Notes under the pieces: generated by a model
Told to the model about the DNA's origin: nothing
Seen by the model: only the letters and a program-made list of their open reading frames with translations
Databases searched by the model: none
Position numbers and translations under genes: made by a program
Assembly: GCA_018335335.1 (NCBI GenBank)
Contig: JAGXKG010000001.1
Span: 169,801 to 233,800 of the forward strand
Source: Candidatus Thorarchaeota archaeon
GTDB lineage: Archaea > Asgardarchaeota > Thorarchaeia > Thorarchaeales > Thorarchaeaceae
Direction: 5' to 3'
DNA length: 64,000 nt
In this document: positions 53,012 to 62,667 of the stretch, piece after piece
Layout: every line of letters begins with the position of its first letter
How positions within the stretch are numbered: position 1 is the stretch's first letter

Positions 53012-53782
53012 CTAAAGCATGCCACGATAAAGCCCGCCATCAACTAACAATGATGCGCCATGAATATAACCAGCAACGGGACTTAATAGAAAAGTGCAAA
53101 TCCTTCCATATTCTTCAGGTGTGCCAATTCGACCAATCGGAATATTGCTTTCAATACCAGATTTGGAGCTCTCTTCATCTGTTTCCAACAATTCTTCAAC
53201 CCGCTGAGTGTAGATGTAACCCGGGCAGACCGCATTGACACGCACTCCTTTTGATCCAATCTCATCAGCCAGCGTCCGCATCAACCCAATTACTGCTGAA
53301 CGTATTGAGTTCGATAAAAGAAGGTTATCAATAGGTTGTTTCACTGAGATGGAAGTGCTATAGAGAATTGAAGGTGAATCAGATTTTTCAAGTAATGGAA
53401 GTGAAAAGCGTGTTAGCCAGACCGCACTCATAAGTGTTAAATCAAATGATGTTTGCCATTGCTCATCCGAAATATCAGAAAACTCGCCCGGGGGCGGACC
53501 ACCTGCATTGACGAATACACCATCTAGCTTCTGGAATTTGGAGGAAGCAACGTCCAGAAGTTTCTTGACTTCTTCTTTTTCGGAAACATCAGCAACAACA
53601 TAGTCTGAACGGTTGCCCAGTTTTGTTACCGCGTCTTCTAACGTGCTCTCGGTTCGTCCACAAATGAGTACATTTGCATCTTCTGCAGTCAATGCTTTTG
53701 CAACACCAAATCCGAGACCGCGTGAAGCAGCAGCAACCACGAAGTTCCTATCTTTGAGCCTGAAATCCATTGGCATAGACAC
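53012..53782 (-). CDS. Short-chain dehydrogenase/reductase (SDR)
   Basis: Rossmann motif VAAASRGLGFGVAKAL. Classical SDR length (256 aa) and C-terminal ..PGYIYT..R.. region. Confidence 0.75.
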   Translation of the reverse strand: MSMPMDFRLKDRNFVVAAASRGLGFGVAKALTAEDANVLICGRTESTLEDAVTKLGNRSDYVVADVSEKEEVKKLLDVASSKFQKLDGVFVNAGGPPPGEFSDISDEQWQTSFDLTLMSAVWLTRFSLPLLEKSDSPSILYSTSISVKQPIDNLLLSNSIRSAVIGLMRTLADEIGSKGVRVNAVCPGYIYTQRVEELLETDEESSKSGIESNIPIGRIGTPEEYGRICTFLLSPVAGYIHGASLLVDGGLYRGML

Positions 53783-53785
53783 CTG

Positions 53786-54076
53786 TTAACTTGCACCTTT
53801 ACTTATGTCGGGTTCAGTTCTTGCTCCAAGTTCTACCTCTAGATGGACGAACGCGGCACTCAGGTGCTGAAAGTCTCTTGGTACGCTGAATTGACCTATA
53901 CTCATCGAATTGAGTGCGCTTCTAACGTTCTTTGTACTCAGCTTGCCGTTGTTTTTTGAATCAAATGCAATCAGAACGCGTTCACTGTTATCTGCATCTG
54001 GAAGCTTGTAAACCGATTGACATCGGATACCGTTTTTCTCAAGCGCTCTTCGAATTTTCCGCTCGATATCTGCCAT
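53786..54076 (-). CDS. Hypothetical 96-aa protein, operonic (4-bp gap) with the SDR
   Basis: ORF only. No motif recognised. Confidence 0.3.
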   Translation of the reverse strand: MADIERKIRRALEKNGIRCQSVYKLPDADNSERVLIAFDSKNNGKLSTKNVRSALNSMSIGQFSVPRDFQHLSAAFVHLEVELGARTEPDISKGAS

Positions 54077-54295
54077 CCCTATTCTACACCATACTTCTGT
54101 TCAGTACTACAGATTATTAACACCTGTAATACCAGATTTATATGAGCATCATACTCATTGTAATGCAGAAAGTTTCGGTATTTTGATGGCATTCTCTTTA
54201 TCCCTGAGAGTAATGCTTTAAAGCAGATTAGTAGGACTCCGAGTTGAGACGCAAGTCTCCGAGCTGATTAGGTACAAACTAGTCAGCCGAATAAG

Positions 54296-54402
54296 CGGGA
54301 CGTAGCTCAACCTGGCAGAGCAACGGACTGTAGTATTCGGTTCCGTTGGAATCGTTTCCAGATATCCGTCGGCTGCCGGTTCAAATCCGGCCGTCCCGAC
54401 CA
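54296..54402 (+). tRNA. tRNA-Tyr(GUA) with a 30-nt canonical (37/38) intron; CCA encoded
   Basis: Acceptor CGGGACG / CGTCCCG. D-arm GCTC-AACCTGGCA-GAGC. Anticodon arm ACGGA-CTGTAG|[intron 54334-54363]|A-TCCGT (anticodon GTA). Variable CGGCT. T-arm GCCGG-TTCAAAT-CCGGC. Discriminator A, then CCA. Confidence 0.7.
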
Positions 54403-54431
54403 CGCTTATTTCCGCTATATTCTGAATCGTG

Positions 54432-55253
54432 TTAAGATGGATCAAAATAAGGAACAACTGTCATGGATGCAGATTTGTCAAAACGCCATGGCCGATCCAA
54501 GGTAACTCTCACAAAATACCAGCTAGTTATGAGGCGTGTTTTGAATGTGGGGGGAAAATCCTTTCGGGTGGGAATGCTCCAGTCAACCCATCGATTTCTC
54601 AGAATCTCTTCATCGGGTATTTCTCGTTGGTTAAGGACTCTCACCGTTCTTCGAGACCGGCCCCTTGCTCTCCGATTCTGACAATGAACAAGCTCCGCTC
54701 TAACACCACGGATCTCAATCTCATCAGGTACCCTGAACTGGAAGGGTATTCCATCTCCAAGACGGACAGAAGTTTCATCGAGCCGAAGTTCCAATACAGG
54801 ATTTCCTTTATGTTTAGCAGCCGCTCTATGTGCAGCGGTTGTTGCTCTAGCACCCGGCGAAAATACCCAAAATTCCTTCTGGTTTTCACAGTCAAAGGCC
54901 CATGAAATCGCAGCTTTAGCTTCAATCCAGTATTTGACTTGAGCTCCAGTTCCTTTGTAAGTTGGGGGTAATCCCATTGGTAGCGTAAAAGAGAAATCTA
55001 TGGGTGTCTTTCCAGCCCCAAACCGGGTTACGGTATTGACATCCAACTGGTGTTCAACAAGTTTTGTGGATCCTCTATATGTGCGCCGATCGTCTCCGTT
55101 ACCAACTGTGATACGGGTCCGTTCGGAACCGCGAACAAATACGGTGAAATCCTCACACTCAAAGAACTCATCAGTATGAACTGTAACAGTACCATTTACT
55201 TGCCGGCCAGCAAGATAGGCTTCCCTGTTCAGCTCGATATGTACTTCCCGCAC
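54432..55253 (-). CDS. Arrestin-N / SpoOM-like beta-sandwich protein
   Basis: Two internal repeats with the SpoOM/arrestin-N pattern: HIELNREAYLAGRQVNGTVTVHTDEFFECEDFTVFVRGSERTRITV and VLELRLDETSVRLGDGIPFQFRVPDEIEIRGVRAELVHCQ. Size 273 aa. Confidence 0.4.
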   Translation of the reverse strand: MREVHIELNREAYLAGRQVNGTVTVHTDEFFECEDFTVFVRGSERTRITVGNGDDRRTYRGSTKLVEHQLDVNTVTRFGAGKTPIDFSFTLPMGLPPTYKGTGAQVKYWIEAKAAISWAFDCENQKEFWVFSPGARATTAAHRAAAKHKGNPVLELRLDETSVRLGDGIPFQFRVPDEIEIRGVRAELVHCQNRRARGRSRRTVRVLNQREIPDEEILRNRWVDWSIPTRKDFPPTFKTRLITSWYFVRVTLDRPWRFDKSASMTVVPYFDPS

Positions 55254-55665
55254 TTTCTTTCACGGGGTAACCATTTGTACTTCTTCTTTATGACAAGTGC
55301 TGAGTGTCTTTCGAACTCACACACTTCCTAAGCAGAGTTTGCGTCGTAGAGGAGAATGAAAAGGAGAGAACACAGATGCCCAGAGTCCCAATAGAAGAGA
55401 CTATCCAATTAAGGAAGTGAACAGAATTGCAGAAAAGGAATCTACAGGTTTGGTAGGCGGCATTACATGCTGGTTTATACCATGCATAAGTGGTGAGCAA
55501 GAAGGTTAGATTCAGTATCGTGTTGGTTTTGGGGAAGTACTTTCATCTTTATTCCGAACACTATCCAAATATGATGGTGGAGGACAAAAGAGTAAGTGTT
55601 TGTGAAGCCCTCGAGTGGATTGTATCAGAAATAGAAACGGTAAGATAGTCAATATTGTATATAGC

Positions 55666-56478
55666 TTATGAAAAGATAGATGGAATCAATCCTATCCAGA
55701 GAAAAACGCTAACAAATAGAAGGCCAATAGAAAACACCAAGACTAACCAATCTGTTGTCCTCCATTTAGACTTGCGAACATAGGTTCGCTTTTTGCTATA
55801 GCCGAAACCTCTCCCATCCATGGACATGGTCAGAGAATTCGCCTTGGAGAGTGCAGATACGAGTAAAGGATAGAAAGTCATTCTAATTGTTCGCAACAAT
55901 TCGGAGGGACTTCCAATTTTGGGAGAAAATCCGCGGGATTGTTGAGCCATGCGAACAGATTCTGTTTCAATATCAAAGAAAGGTAGAAAACGTAGCGCAA
56001 TGACTAAGGCGAAACTATAGCGGTAGGAAAGACCCAAATCGGTAAGTGCATGAGCAAGAAGTGTGGGATCGGTCACTGCCACAAACAGCTTGCTTGAGAA
56101 AACAATTAGTATGAATCTTAATGAAAACAATAGTGCCCGTTCTAAGCCAAATGTTGTTACAGGGAAATAGGGTCCAATTGTTCCAACAGGAGGAAAAAGA
56201 TAGAAGATAACCATGCCGTTCTGTACTGCTATCAGCTGCACAATGAGTATGAATGCTGAAAATGTTAGTAGGAATCTGATTCTGCCAGTTTTAAGGCCTA
56301 TAGGAATTCTTCCGATTTTATAGGCAATAACGACACCAATCAGAAGAGCAAGAGAAAAATACCATTTTGACCAAATGATTGCCGCCACGAGTGCAAAGAC
56401 AAGCGCAAATAGCTTCACCGCCGGATTGAGCCTGTGCAGGAATGTGCTCCCTTTGACGTACCCAGTGCTTTGATTCAT
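55666..56478 (-). CDS. ecfT: ECF transporter transmembrane (T) component, EcfT/CbiQ family
   Basis: MNQSTGYVKGSTFLHRLNPAVKLFALVFALV is the EcfT N-terminal signature. About 5 TM helices, 270 aa. A 4-bp overlap with ecfA. Confidence 0.75.
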   Translation of the reverse strand: MNQSTGYVKGSTFLHRLNPAVKLFALVFALVAAIIWSKWYFSLALLIGVVIAYKIGRIPIGLKTGRIRFLLTFSAFILIVQLIAVQNGMVIFYLFPPVGTIGPYFPVTTFGLERALLFSLRFILIVFSSKLFVAVTDPTLLAHALTDLGLSYRYSFALVIALRFLPFFDIETESVRMAQQSRGFSPKIGSPSELLRTIRMTFYPLLVSALSKANSLTMSMDGRGFGYSKKRTYVRKSKWRTTDWLVLVFSIGLLFVSVFLWIGLIPSIFS

Positions 56479-57938
56479 CTTTTTTCCCCCCGTGGTACAT
56501 ATTCGTTCAAACCTAATTGCTCGAGGCGATTGAAAACCATCTCTGGAGGGCTATCTAGGAGAAGGTTGCCTTCTTGGAGAAAGAGCACTCTGTTACAGTA
56601 TCTTTGGGCAAAAAGCGAATTATGTGTGATTAGTAGACATGTGCCACCATGCTTCGCTTTGTTAAGAATCGTGCGGGTTATGAACTCCTGACCATCCGTA
56701 TCTTGTCCGACAAATGGCTCATCAAGAAGGAGTATTCGTGGTTCGTGAGCTGTAACTGATGTGATGTTCAGTCGCCTTTTCTGCCCATGACTGAGAGTAA
56801 ACGGATTTCGCTCCCGCATAGAGATTAGAGACGCTTCAGAAAGGAGGGCCCTCGCCTTTTCGAAGAACGATTGGCGATCAACAGGTAGGAGGTCCGCAAC
56901 CAGAGTCTGTTCAGCCCACACTGTCTTTTCAAATATCTGATGATTTGGATTTTGAAATACAAAACCAATCAGAGAGGCAATTTGAGAGGGGGTTAGTTCG
57001 GAAACTGGTTTTCCGTCCAGATATGAAACCCCCGAATCGGGTTCCAAAAGGCCTGCAGCTAGAGATAGGAGTGTAGTTTTTCCTGAGCCATTGTTCCCCA
57101 TTACAGCGATGATTTCCCCGGGATAGGAATCTAGAGAGATTCCATCAATTGCAAGCCTTGATCCATATGAGAAAGAAACATCCTCTATTGAGAGTATGGC
57201 GGTTTTGTGGATTTCTGCTGATTGGCGCGGTATTTCTGTTTCATGTTCCATTTTATGAGAATGATGTGCTTGAGTTTGACCATCACGGATTTCCAGAATC
57301 TGATCAGATTGTTGGACAAGAGAACCTATTTTGTGTTCGATGCATAGAATGCCGATATCTCTTTCTTTGAGATCTTCAATAATGGTCTGTAATTCTGAGA
57401 CACCACAAGGATCTAAATTCGATGTTGGCTCATCCAATATCAAATAGTCGGGTTTACACGCTAGGAGTGAAGCAATCACCACTCTTTGTTTTTCACCGCC
57501 AGACAATGCATTAGTTGAACGGTTTCTAAGATGTTCGCAATTCACTGCTTCAAGAGAATCATCAATCCGAGTCAGTATTTCGGTTTCGGGTATAGCAAAA
57601 TTCTCTGGACCAAAAGCTACTTCATCCTGAACCTGTAACGTTGCCACTTGGCCTTCTGTATCCTGTTGAACCATCGCTACTCTTCTCGAAATTTCTGGCA
57701 TACTCAAGCTAGATATGTCAACACCATCTATTTCGATTCTGCCTGTTAATTCTCCAGAAATCGAGTGGGGAATAAGGCCTGAAAGACACAGAGCCAGCGT
57801 TGATTTGCCTGATCCAGTAGGCCCTGTAAGTAGTACTAAGTTCCCCTTAGGAATGGAAATATTAGCTGAACGAAGCACGTTTGTTGAATCTGTATATGAG
57901 AATTCAAGGCTTTCTGCTTCGAGCAAAGAATGATTCAA
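56475..57938 (-). CDS. ecfA: ECF transporter ATPase, fused tandem ABC domains (EcfA-EcfA')
   Basis: Two complete ABC cassettes: GPTGSGKSTL / LSGGEKQRV / ILDEPTSNLD, then GNNGSGKTTL / LSHGQKRRL / LLLDEPFVGQD. Confidence 0.8.
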   Translation of the reverse strand: MNHSLLEAESLEFSYTDSTNVLRSANISIPKGNLVLLTGPTGSGKSTLALCLSGLIPHSISGELTGRIEIDGVDISSLSMPEISRRVAMVQQDTEGQVATLQVQDEVAFGPENFAIPETEILTRIDDSLEAVNCEHLRNRSTNALSGGEKQRVVIASLLACKPDYLILDEPTSNLDPCGVSELQTIIEDLKERDIGILCIEHKIGSLVQQSDQILEIRDGQTQAHHSHKMEHETEIPRQSAEIHKTAILSIEDVSFSYGSRLAIDGISLDSYPGEIIAVMGNNGSGKTTLLSLAAGLLEPDSGVSYLDGKPVSELTPSQIASLIGFVFQNPNHQIFEKTVWAEQTLVADLLPVDRQSFFEKARALLSEASLISMRERNPFTLSHGQKRRLNITSVTAHEPRILLLDEPFVGQDTDGQEFITRTILNKAKHGGTCLLITHNSLFAQRYCNRVLFLQEGNLLLDSPPEMVFNRLEQLGLNEYVPRGEKR

Positions 57939-57942
57939 CCTC

Positions 57943-59001
57943 CTAGGTTACTAGAATTGTCGAGACCTTGTGCACCCAATATGAGCCTTCATACTCAGCT
58001 GCAATCAGCCAAAGCCCTGAGTCCTCTTCCTCGGTGAGTATTAATCTATCGTCAGAAAGAACAGCAGATAAGCCAAATTCTACTGAATAACCGTCTTTTG
58101 CTTCTACTCTAACAGTACTTGCTTCAGTCGAAGGCTCGGCCCGCTCGATGAGTATGTTCAAAGGTACACCAGTATAATTTTTCGGAGGGATGTATGTATA
58201 CGCGCCTTGAAGCTCAGCCGCGATCGTAACTTCCTGCTGAATAAAATCGGAGGGGTGATAGATGAATGGATTAGCAACATCCCCGGTTATTTCACAAGCA
58301 TATGGATCCGCAAATGGTTTCGCAACAAATATAGTGTAGTATAATGCTCCAGTAGTAAGAAAGATGATGAAAAGGATTGCAGGGATGTTTCGATAGACAG
58401 GTGATTCTGGAAGGGATGGGGTTTCAACCGAAAAGCCGGTCATTCCTATGTCTTGTATGAAAAACATGGTCTGCCAAGCGAAATAGCCGCCAAAAATGGC
58501 TCCCGAGGAAAACGCTAGAGCTGTGATTGCAGCGAGATAAATCCAAGGAGCACCAGAGAAATATACAATTTGGAACACAATAACATTAGAAGCGGAGGAA
58601 AGACCAGCAACAAACCACCAAACGATCTGATTCCTTGCTCCCGCTTCTTGAGGGGGGCCACCCTCTTCGGCTGCCAAGTCAATTATAATCCCTTGGACAA
58701 AGGAAACCAATACGATTACTACACCATGAGTACTACCTGCAAAAAGCTCGACTAGGCCTTTGAGAGTTCCTCCAAAGGTTCCAACGCCTCGTTTTGATGC
58801 TATAAGCCTCATTAGTACAAGCCAGAAAACGTGAAGACCGGCCATGAACTGGCCGGCACCAAAGGGTACACCAAGAGCTAGATTGACCAGATTACCCAAA
58901 TAACCCACGAAAGTACTTAGGCTTCCGCCTAATGCACCTAAAATCGCAATTGTTGCTATTTCTCTTGTTCCTAAGAAGTGTTCTTCTGCTTCATGCATCA
59001 T
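57943..59001 (-). CDS. Polytopic membrane protein, ECF S-component-like N-terminal core plus ~130-aa extracytoplasmic C-terminal domain
   Basis: Six to seven TM helices, then a soluble domain (..YHPSDFIQQEVTIAAELQGAY..). It sits directly upstream of ecfA/ecfT on the same strand. Substrate unknown. Confidence 0.35.
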   Translation of the reverse strand: MMHEAEEHFLGTREIATIAILGALGGSLSTFVGYLGNLVNLALGVPFGAGQFMAGLHVFWLVLMRLIASKRGVGTFGGTLKGLVELFAGSTHGVVIVLVSFVQGIIIDLAAEEGGPPQEAGARNQIVWWFVAGLSSASNVIVFQIVYFSGAPWIYLAAITALAFSSGAIFGGYFAWQTMFFIQDIGMTGFSVETPSLPESPVYRNIPAILFIIFLTTGALYYTIFVAKPFADPYACEITGDVANPFIYHPSDFIQQEVTIAAELQGAYTYIPPKNYTGVPLNILIERAEPSTEASTVRVEAKDGYSVEFGLSAVLSDDRLILTEEEDSGLWLIAAEYEGSYWVHKVSTILVT

Positions 59002-60550
59002 CTTGTATCACCTCTATTGAAGCCACATACTTGACCCATCTTGCTCCAGCTGAGAGATACACATTACAGCCCATACCGGGACAAGAAGTAGCAAGACAAT
59101 CGTCATTGCTGTATTTTCCGTCAGGTGGAAGCATCGCAATACGCATACCCTCATCCCATTCGGGGATAGTAGTTCCATTGTAGGAATATGCTAGAATCAT
59201 ACTGCCTTGGAGTTCACTCCACGAACTATTAGGATACACATTGCTATACGAGTAATTCTGAGAATAACCGTCAGAAGATTCTACGCGTAGAATGTCCCCA
59301 GGTGCCATATCGCCGACTAATTCGATAAGATTTGCGATGGTCGGGCCGGTATAGACTCCCTGTCCCCGCCAGTTCCCGAAGTTGTTCTGGAATGAGCTGT
59401 ACTCTTCAATCTGGGGAAGAGACGCAATATCTTGGAGAGACAGTTCAAGTGCGTCGTTATCGTTTTTTATCATGATTCTTTGAGGGTTGGCAACAGGAGC
59501 GGAGAGCTCAATCGGTTCCGCTGAGACACTTGAACCTGATACGGTGACATTGATGAAATGATGAAATCCTCCATTTTGTGGATTAGCAACAAGCCGTGCT
59601 CCAGAACCTCCCGATATTACATAACGTGTTCCGTTCCTAACCGTGCTGTTGTAAAGATGTATATGCCCAGCAAAAACTGTAGATACATTGTTTTTCTCAA
59701 CAATATCCATTAACCGATTTGCGCTTGTTTGGTTAGTCATACTGTGGATACTACCGGGTCGAGGATCAAATGGGGGAACATGTGTAAAAACAAACTTCAG
59801 CGGCTTCTTTGAGGCGGAAAGATCCCGATCAAGCCAATTCAATTCATCCGACTGGACTGTGTAATTTGACGAATTAACCACGGCAAAGTGACAGTTAGAA
59901 TAGTCAAATGAATATGTAGAGCTACCAAATATCTCTTCGTAAATCTCCCCACCATCAAGTCTGACATCATGGTTGCCTGCGGTTGTGAAAACAGGTATAC
60001 TGATGTTTTGGAGAGCATGGTAAACTTCTTCGTATTGATGCCTTTGCCCAAATGGTGTTAAATCACCGCAATGGAAGGCAAAGGCCGGGGGATTGCCTTC
60101 AACAATGGATGCAATCTCATTCAGACAGCCCTGATAGCCCTGGCTGTCACCAAAGACAAGAAAATTGAACTCAGACTTTGGGGGCATGGTGAAATATATA
60201 CCAACTTCTTCTGATGCGGTACATACATCGATTTTTATTGAAGTTTCATTGAGTACATTGATTTCAAGATCGGATTGAGATTGAGGAATAATACGATCCG
60301 CGGCAATATTTGTAACTGTAGTTGAGTAGCATCCGTGCCCCTCAGATTCGTTCCATGCAAGATTAATGGAGATATTGACACTCTTTGCTCTTAGAGCAAG
60401 ATTGTAATCGCCTTTTTCAAGGATATGTGCGCCTGAAACAGTCACGTGGGGAGGGCTGCGCCTAGGAAAAGAGGGGAAGAAAGTAATTACAAGTAAGCCG
60501 GAAACGAGGCAAATGATAGCCGCACCGGCCAGAATGTATTTCCTTTGCAA
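58991..60550 (-). CDS. Exported metallophosphoesterase, purple-acid-phosphatase-like, with N-terminal anchor and glycosylatable C-terminal domain
   Basis: N-terminal TM/signal (ILAGAAIICLVSGLLVITFF). MPE motifs GDSQG, HCGDL, GNHD, THVPPF and AGHIHLY. The C-terminal ~170 aa is rich in N-x-S/T sequons. Confidence 0.65.
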   Translation of the reverse strand: MQRKYILAGAAIICLVSGLLVITFFPSFPRRSPPHVTVSGAHILEKGDYNLALRAKSVNISINLAWNESEGHGCYSTTVTNIAADRIIPQSQSDLEINVLNETSIKIDVCTASEEVGIYFTMPPKSEFNFLVFGDSQGYQGCLNEIASIVEGNPPAFAFHCGDLTPFGQRHQYEEVYHALQNISIPVFTTAGNHDVRLDGGEIYEEIFGSSTYSFDYSNCHFAVVNSSNYTVQSDELNWLDRDLSASKKPLKFVFTHVPPFDPRPGSIHSMTNQTSANRLMDIVEKNNVSTVFAGHIHLYNSTVRNGTRYVISGGSGARLVANPQNGGFHHFINVTVSGSSVSAEPIELSAPVANPQRIMIKNDNDALELSLQDIASLPQIEEYSSFQNNFGNWRGQGVYTGPTIANLIELVGDMAPGDILRVESSDGYSQNYSYSNVYPNSSWSELQGSMILAYSYNGTTIPEWDEGMRIAMLPPDGKYSNDDCLATSCPGMGCNVYLSAGARWVKYVASIEVIQDDA

Positions 60551-60638
60551 CAGTATCTAACCTCGACAGTCTTTCTATCATTGATATGTACGCGTATTCA
60601 TATCAGTGCTCTAAGCACTCGGATATGAAGCTTGGGAA

Positions 60639-62579
60639 TTAGCATTTTTCGTAGAGTTCTACCGAGACAAGTGTGGAATTGAACATGGGCCCCCCGCCGA
60701 GTTTCTGGGGGGTTCCGGAAGTCAGGGCATTAAGTGGAGTGCCACCAAGGCCTTTACCCTCTCTAGGAGTCCATATTGTTCCTCTTTGAATATCTGTTGA
60801 AGGGTTCGCTTGAAGTAATACATGACCCTGAGAATTGGAAATAATAATGATATCATCCTGCTTAATACCTCTTTCACGGGCATCGAGAGGGTGAATATGG
60901 ACGACGGAGGGAATGGGGCCGTACACTTCTTGGAACTGTGTATGTGTATATTGAGGCAATGCGCTATTCAGTAGAACTAGATGATTGGTAGAATGCGCGA
61001 TTGGTTCATATTCTGGCAAACTGGTACCAAATTCTATCTTTCCACTTTTCGTGGTATATGACGCCATACTTCGATAGCTGAGGTGAAGTGTCTTGCCGGC
61101 TATCAAGTCCTCTATCGTGCCATCATCAAAAGCAGTACTTGTTGCAGCAGCTAGACATTTCCAAGGATCAGCACGTACCCAGTCTTCTTCTATTTCAAGA
61201 GTTTTAGCAATCTCCTGCATAAGCCAGATTTCGGTTTTACTTTGGCCTTGCGGTTCTACTATACGAGGTGATTCTCTAACTCGATTGTGGGCCCAAGGAA
61301 CAACGATGTCTCTTTTTTCTAGATATGTGGGAGCAGGGAGGACTAAATCAGCATAATCAGTTGTTTCGGTCCAGTGAGTCTCATGCACAACAAGAAAGAC
61401 ATCGCTTCTTTCGAGACCACTCCGGAAGGCAGTTTGGTCTGGTACTGTGAGAGCTGGATTCATGTTATAGCAAAAGATGAACTTGAATTCACCATCTTCA
61501 ACATGTTTGCCTAAATCAACTTGGCTAACGATTCGGGGATTCGTATCTGCAAGTGTGATGCCCTCTAGATAAGCAGTATCTACGTCAAAGCCACTGCCAT
61601 TACTGTAGAAGAAGCCTCTGTGAAGCCCCACTAAAGCAGGCAAAAGAGAAACAACTCCAACAGCCTTCCCCCCTTGCCTAGCTTTCTGAAATCCGACACC
61701 GAGTAGCAATGCACTCCGGTCAGCTCTTCCATAGGCTGTTGCCATTTCAGTGATTGTCTGGTATGGAACCCCCGTGGCTTCTGCAGTACTTTCTAAATCC
61801 CATCTAGCCGCTTGCGTTTCAAAATGCTCGTATCCATTTGCCCACTTGTCAAGAAACGGATAGTCAATGTAGTCTTTGGCGATGAGTTGATTAGCTATTC
61901 CATAAGCTAGAGCTAAATCACTTCCGGGTTTGGGTCGGAGCCATAAATCCGACTGCTTTGCAGATTTGCTTCTTCTCGGATCAATTACTATTATCCGGGT
62001 ATCTTTATCTTCCCGAGCAATCCGAGAGAGGTTCCAAAAATGAGGGGCACTAACTGCTGCGTTAAAACCCCAATAAACATGAAGATCGGATTTCAGAAGA
62101 TACTTTGGGAGCAACCCGTAGGATTTTCCGTAATGTTGGGAAATTGCATCGTTGCCAGATTTTGCACAAAGGCTATAGTCGGTCCGTGTGGCGCCGAGAG
62201 CATTCCATAGCCTGCGAGGAAAATGCCAAGTGAGAAGACCAGTGTTCCCAAGATAATCAAGTAATAGTACTGTTTCAGGCCCATGTTCATTTAGGACCCT
62301 GTGTAATCGATTAGCTATTTCATCAAGAGCGTAACCCCAAGTCACGCGTTTCTTCCTTTGTTTTCCGGTGTCAGAAATGAGCTTGTATGGATGAAGAACT
62401 CGATTCTTATTCAATCGCTCTGCATCTTTGGAGGCGCGGGGACAAGTGATACCGCAAGTAAGAGGGGAATCCGAATAGCCCCGCATTGATTCTATTGAAC
62501 CATTTTCAGTGACAACTTCAAGTGAACAGGTATCATAGCAATCGCGTGGACAAACGGTAACGAATTTTTGGCGGGTCAT
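60639..62579 (-). CDS. Molybdopterin-dependent oxidoreductase catalytic subunit (MopB superfamily, formate dehydrogenase / nitrate reductase-like)
   Basis: N-terminal Fe-S motif CPRDCYDTCSL..(26)..CGITC. A possible Cys Mo-ligand in YSLCAKSGND. A 646-aa protein with no twin-arginine signal, so predicted cytoplasmic. Confidence 0.7.
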   Translation of the reverse strand: MTRQKFVTVCPRDCYDTCSLEVVTENGSIESMRGYSDSPLTCGITCPRASKDAERLNKNRVLHPYKLISDTGKQRKKRVTWGYALDEIANRLHRVLNEHGPETVLLLDYLGNTGLLTWHFPRRLWNALGATRTDYSLCAKSGNDAISQHYGKSYGLLPKYLLKSDLHVYWGFNAAVSAPHFWNLSRIAREDKDTRIIVIDPRRSKSAKQSDLWLRPKPGSDLALAYGIANQLIAKDYIDYPFLDKWANGYEHFETQAARWDLESTAEATGVPYQTITEMATAYGRADRSALLLGVGFQKARQGGKAVGVVSLLPALVGLHRGFFYSNGSGFDVDTAYLEGITLADTNPRIVSQVDLGKHVEDGEFKFIFCYNMNPALTVPDQTAFRSGLERSDVFLVVHETHWTETTDYADLVLPAPTYLEKRDIVVPWAHNRVRESPRIVEPQGQSKTEIWLMQEIAKTLEIEEDWVRADPWKCLAAATSTAFDDGTIEDLIAGKTLHLSYRSMASYTTKSGKIEFGTSLPEYEPIAHSTNHLVLLNSALPQYTHTQFQEVYGPIPSVVHIHPLDARERGIKQDDIIIISNSQGHVLLQANPSTDIQRGTIWTPREGKGLGGTPLNALTSGTPQKLGGGPMFNSTLVSVELYEKC

Positions 62580-62667
62580 TGCATTTCATAACCTGTTTCT
62601 CACAGTTGAAAGGTAATTCCTTGAGTAATCGTGAATAGAAGTAAATATAATAACAATAAGATGTAGG

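Noticed and set aside
54429-54905. 158-aa plus-strand ORF overlapping the arrestin-like gene
   Set aside because: It is antisense to a longer ORF with an internal-repeat beta-sandwich pattern. Low complexity and no motif.
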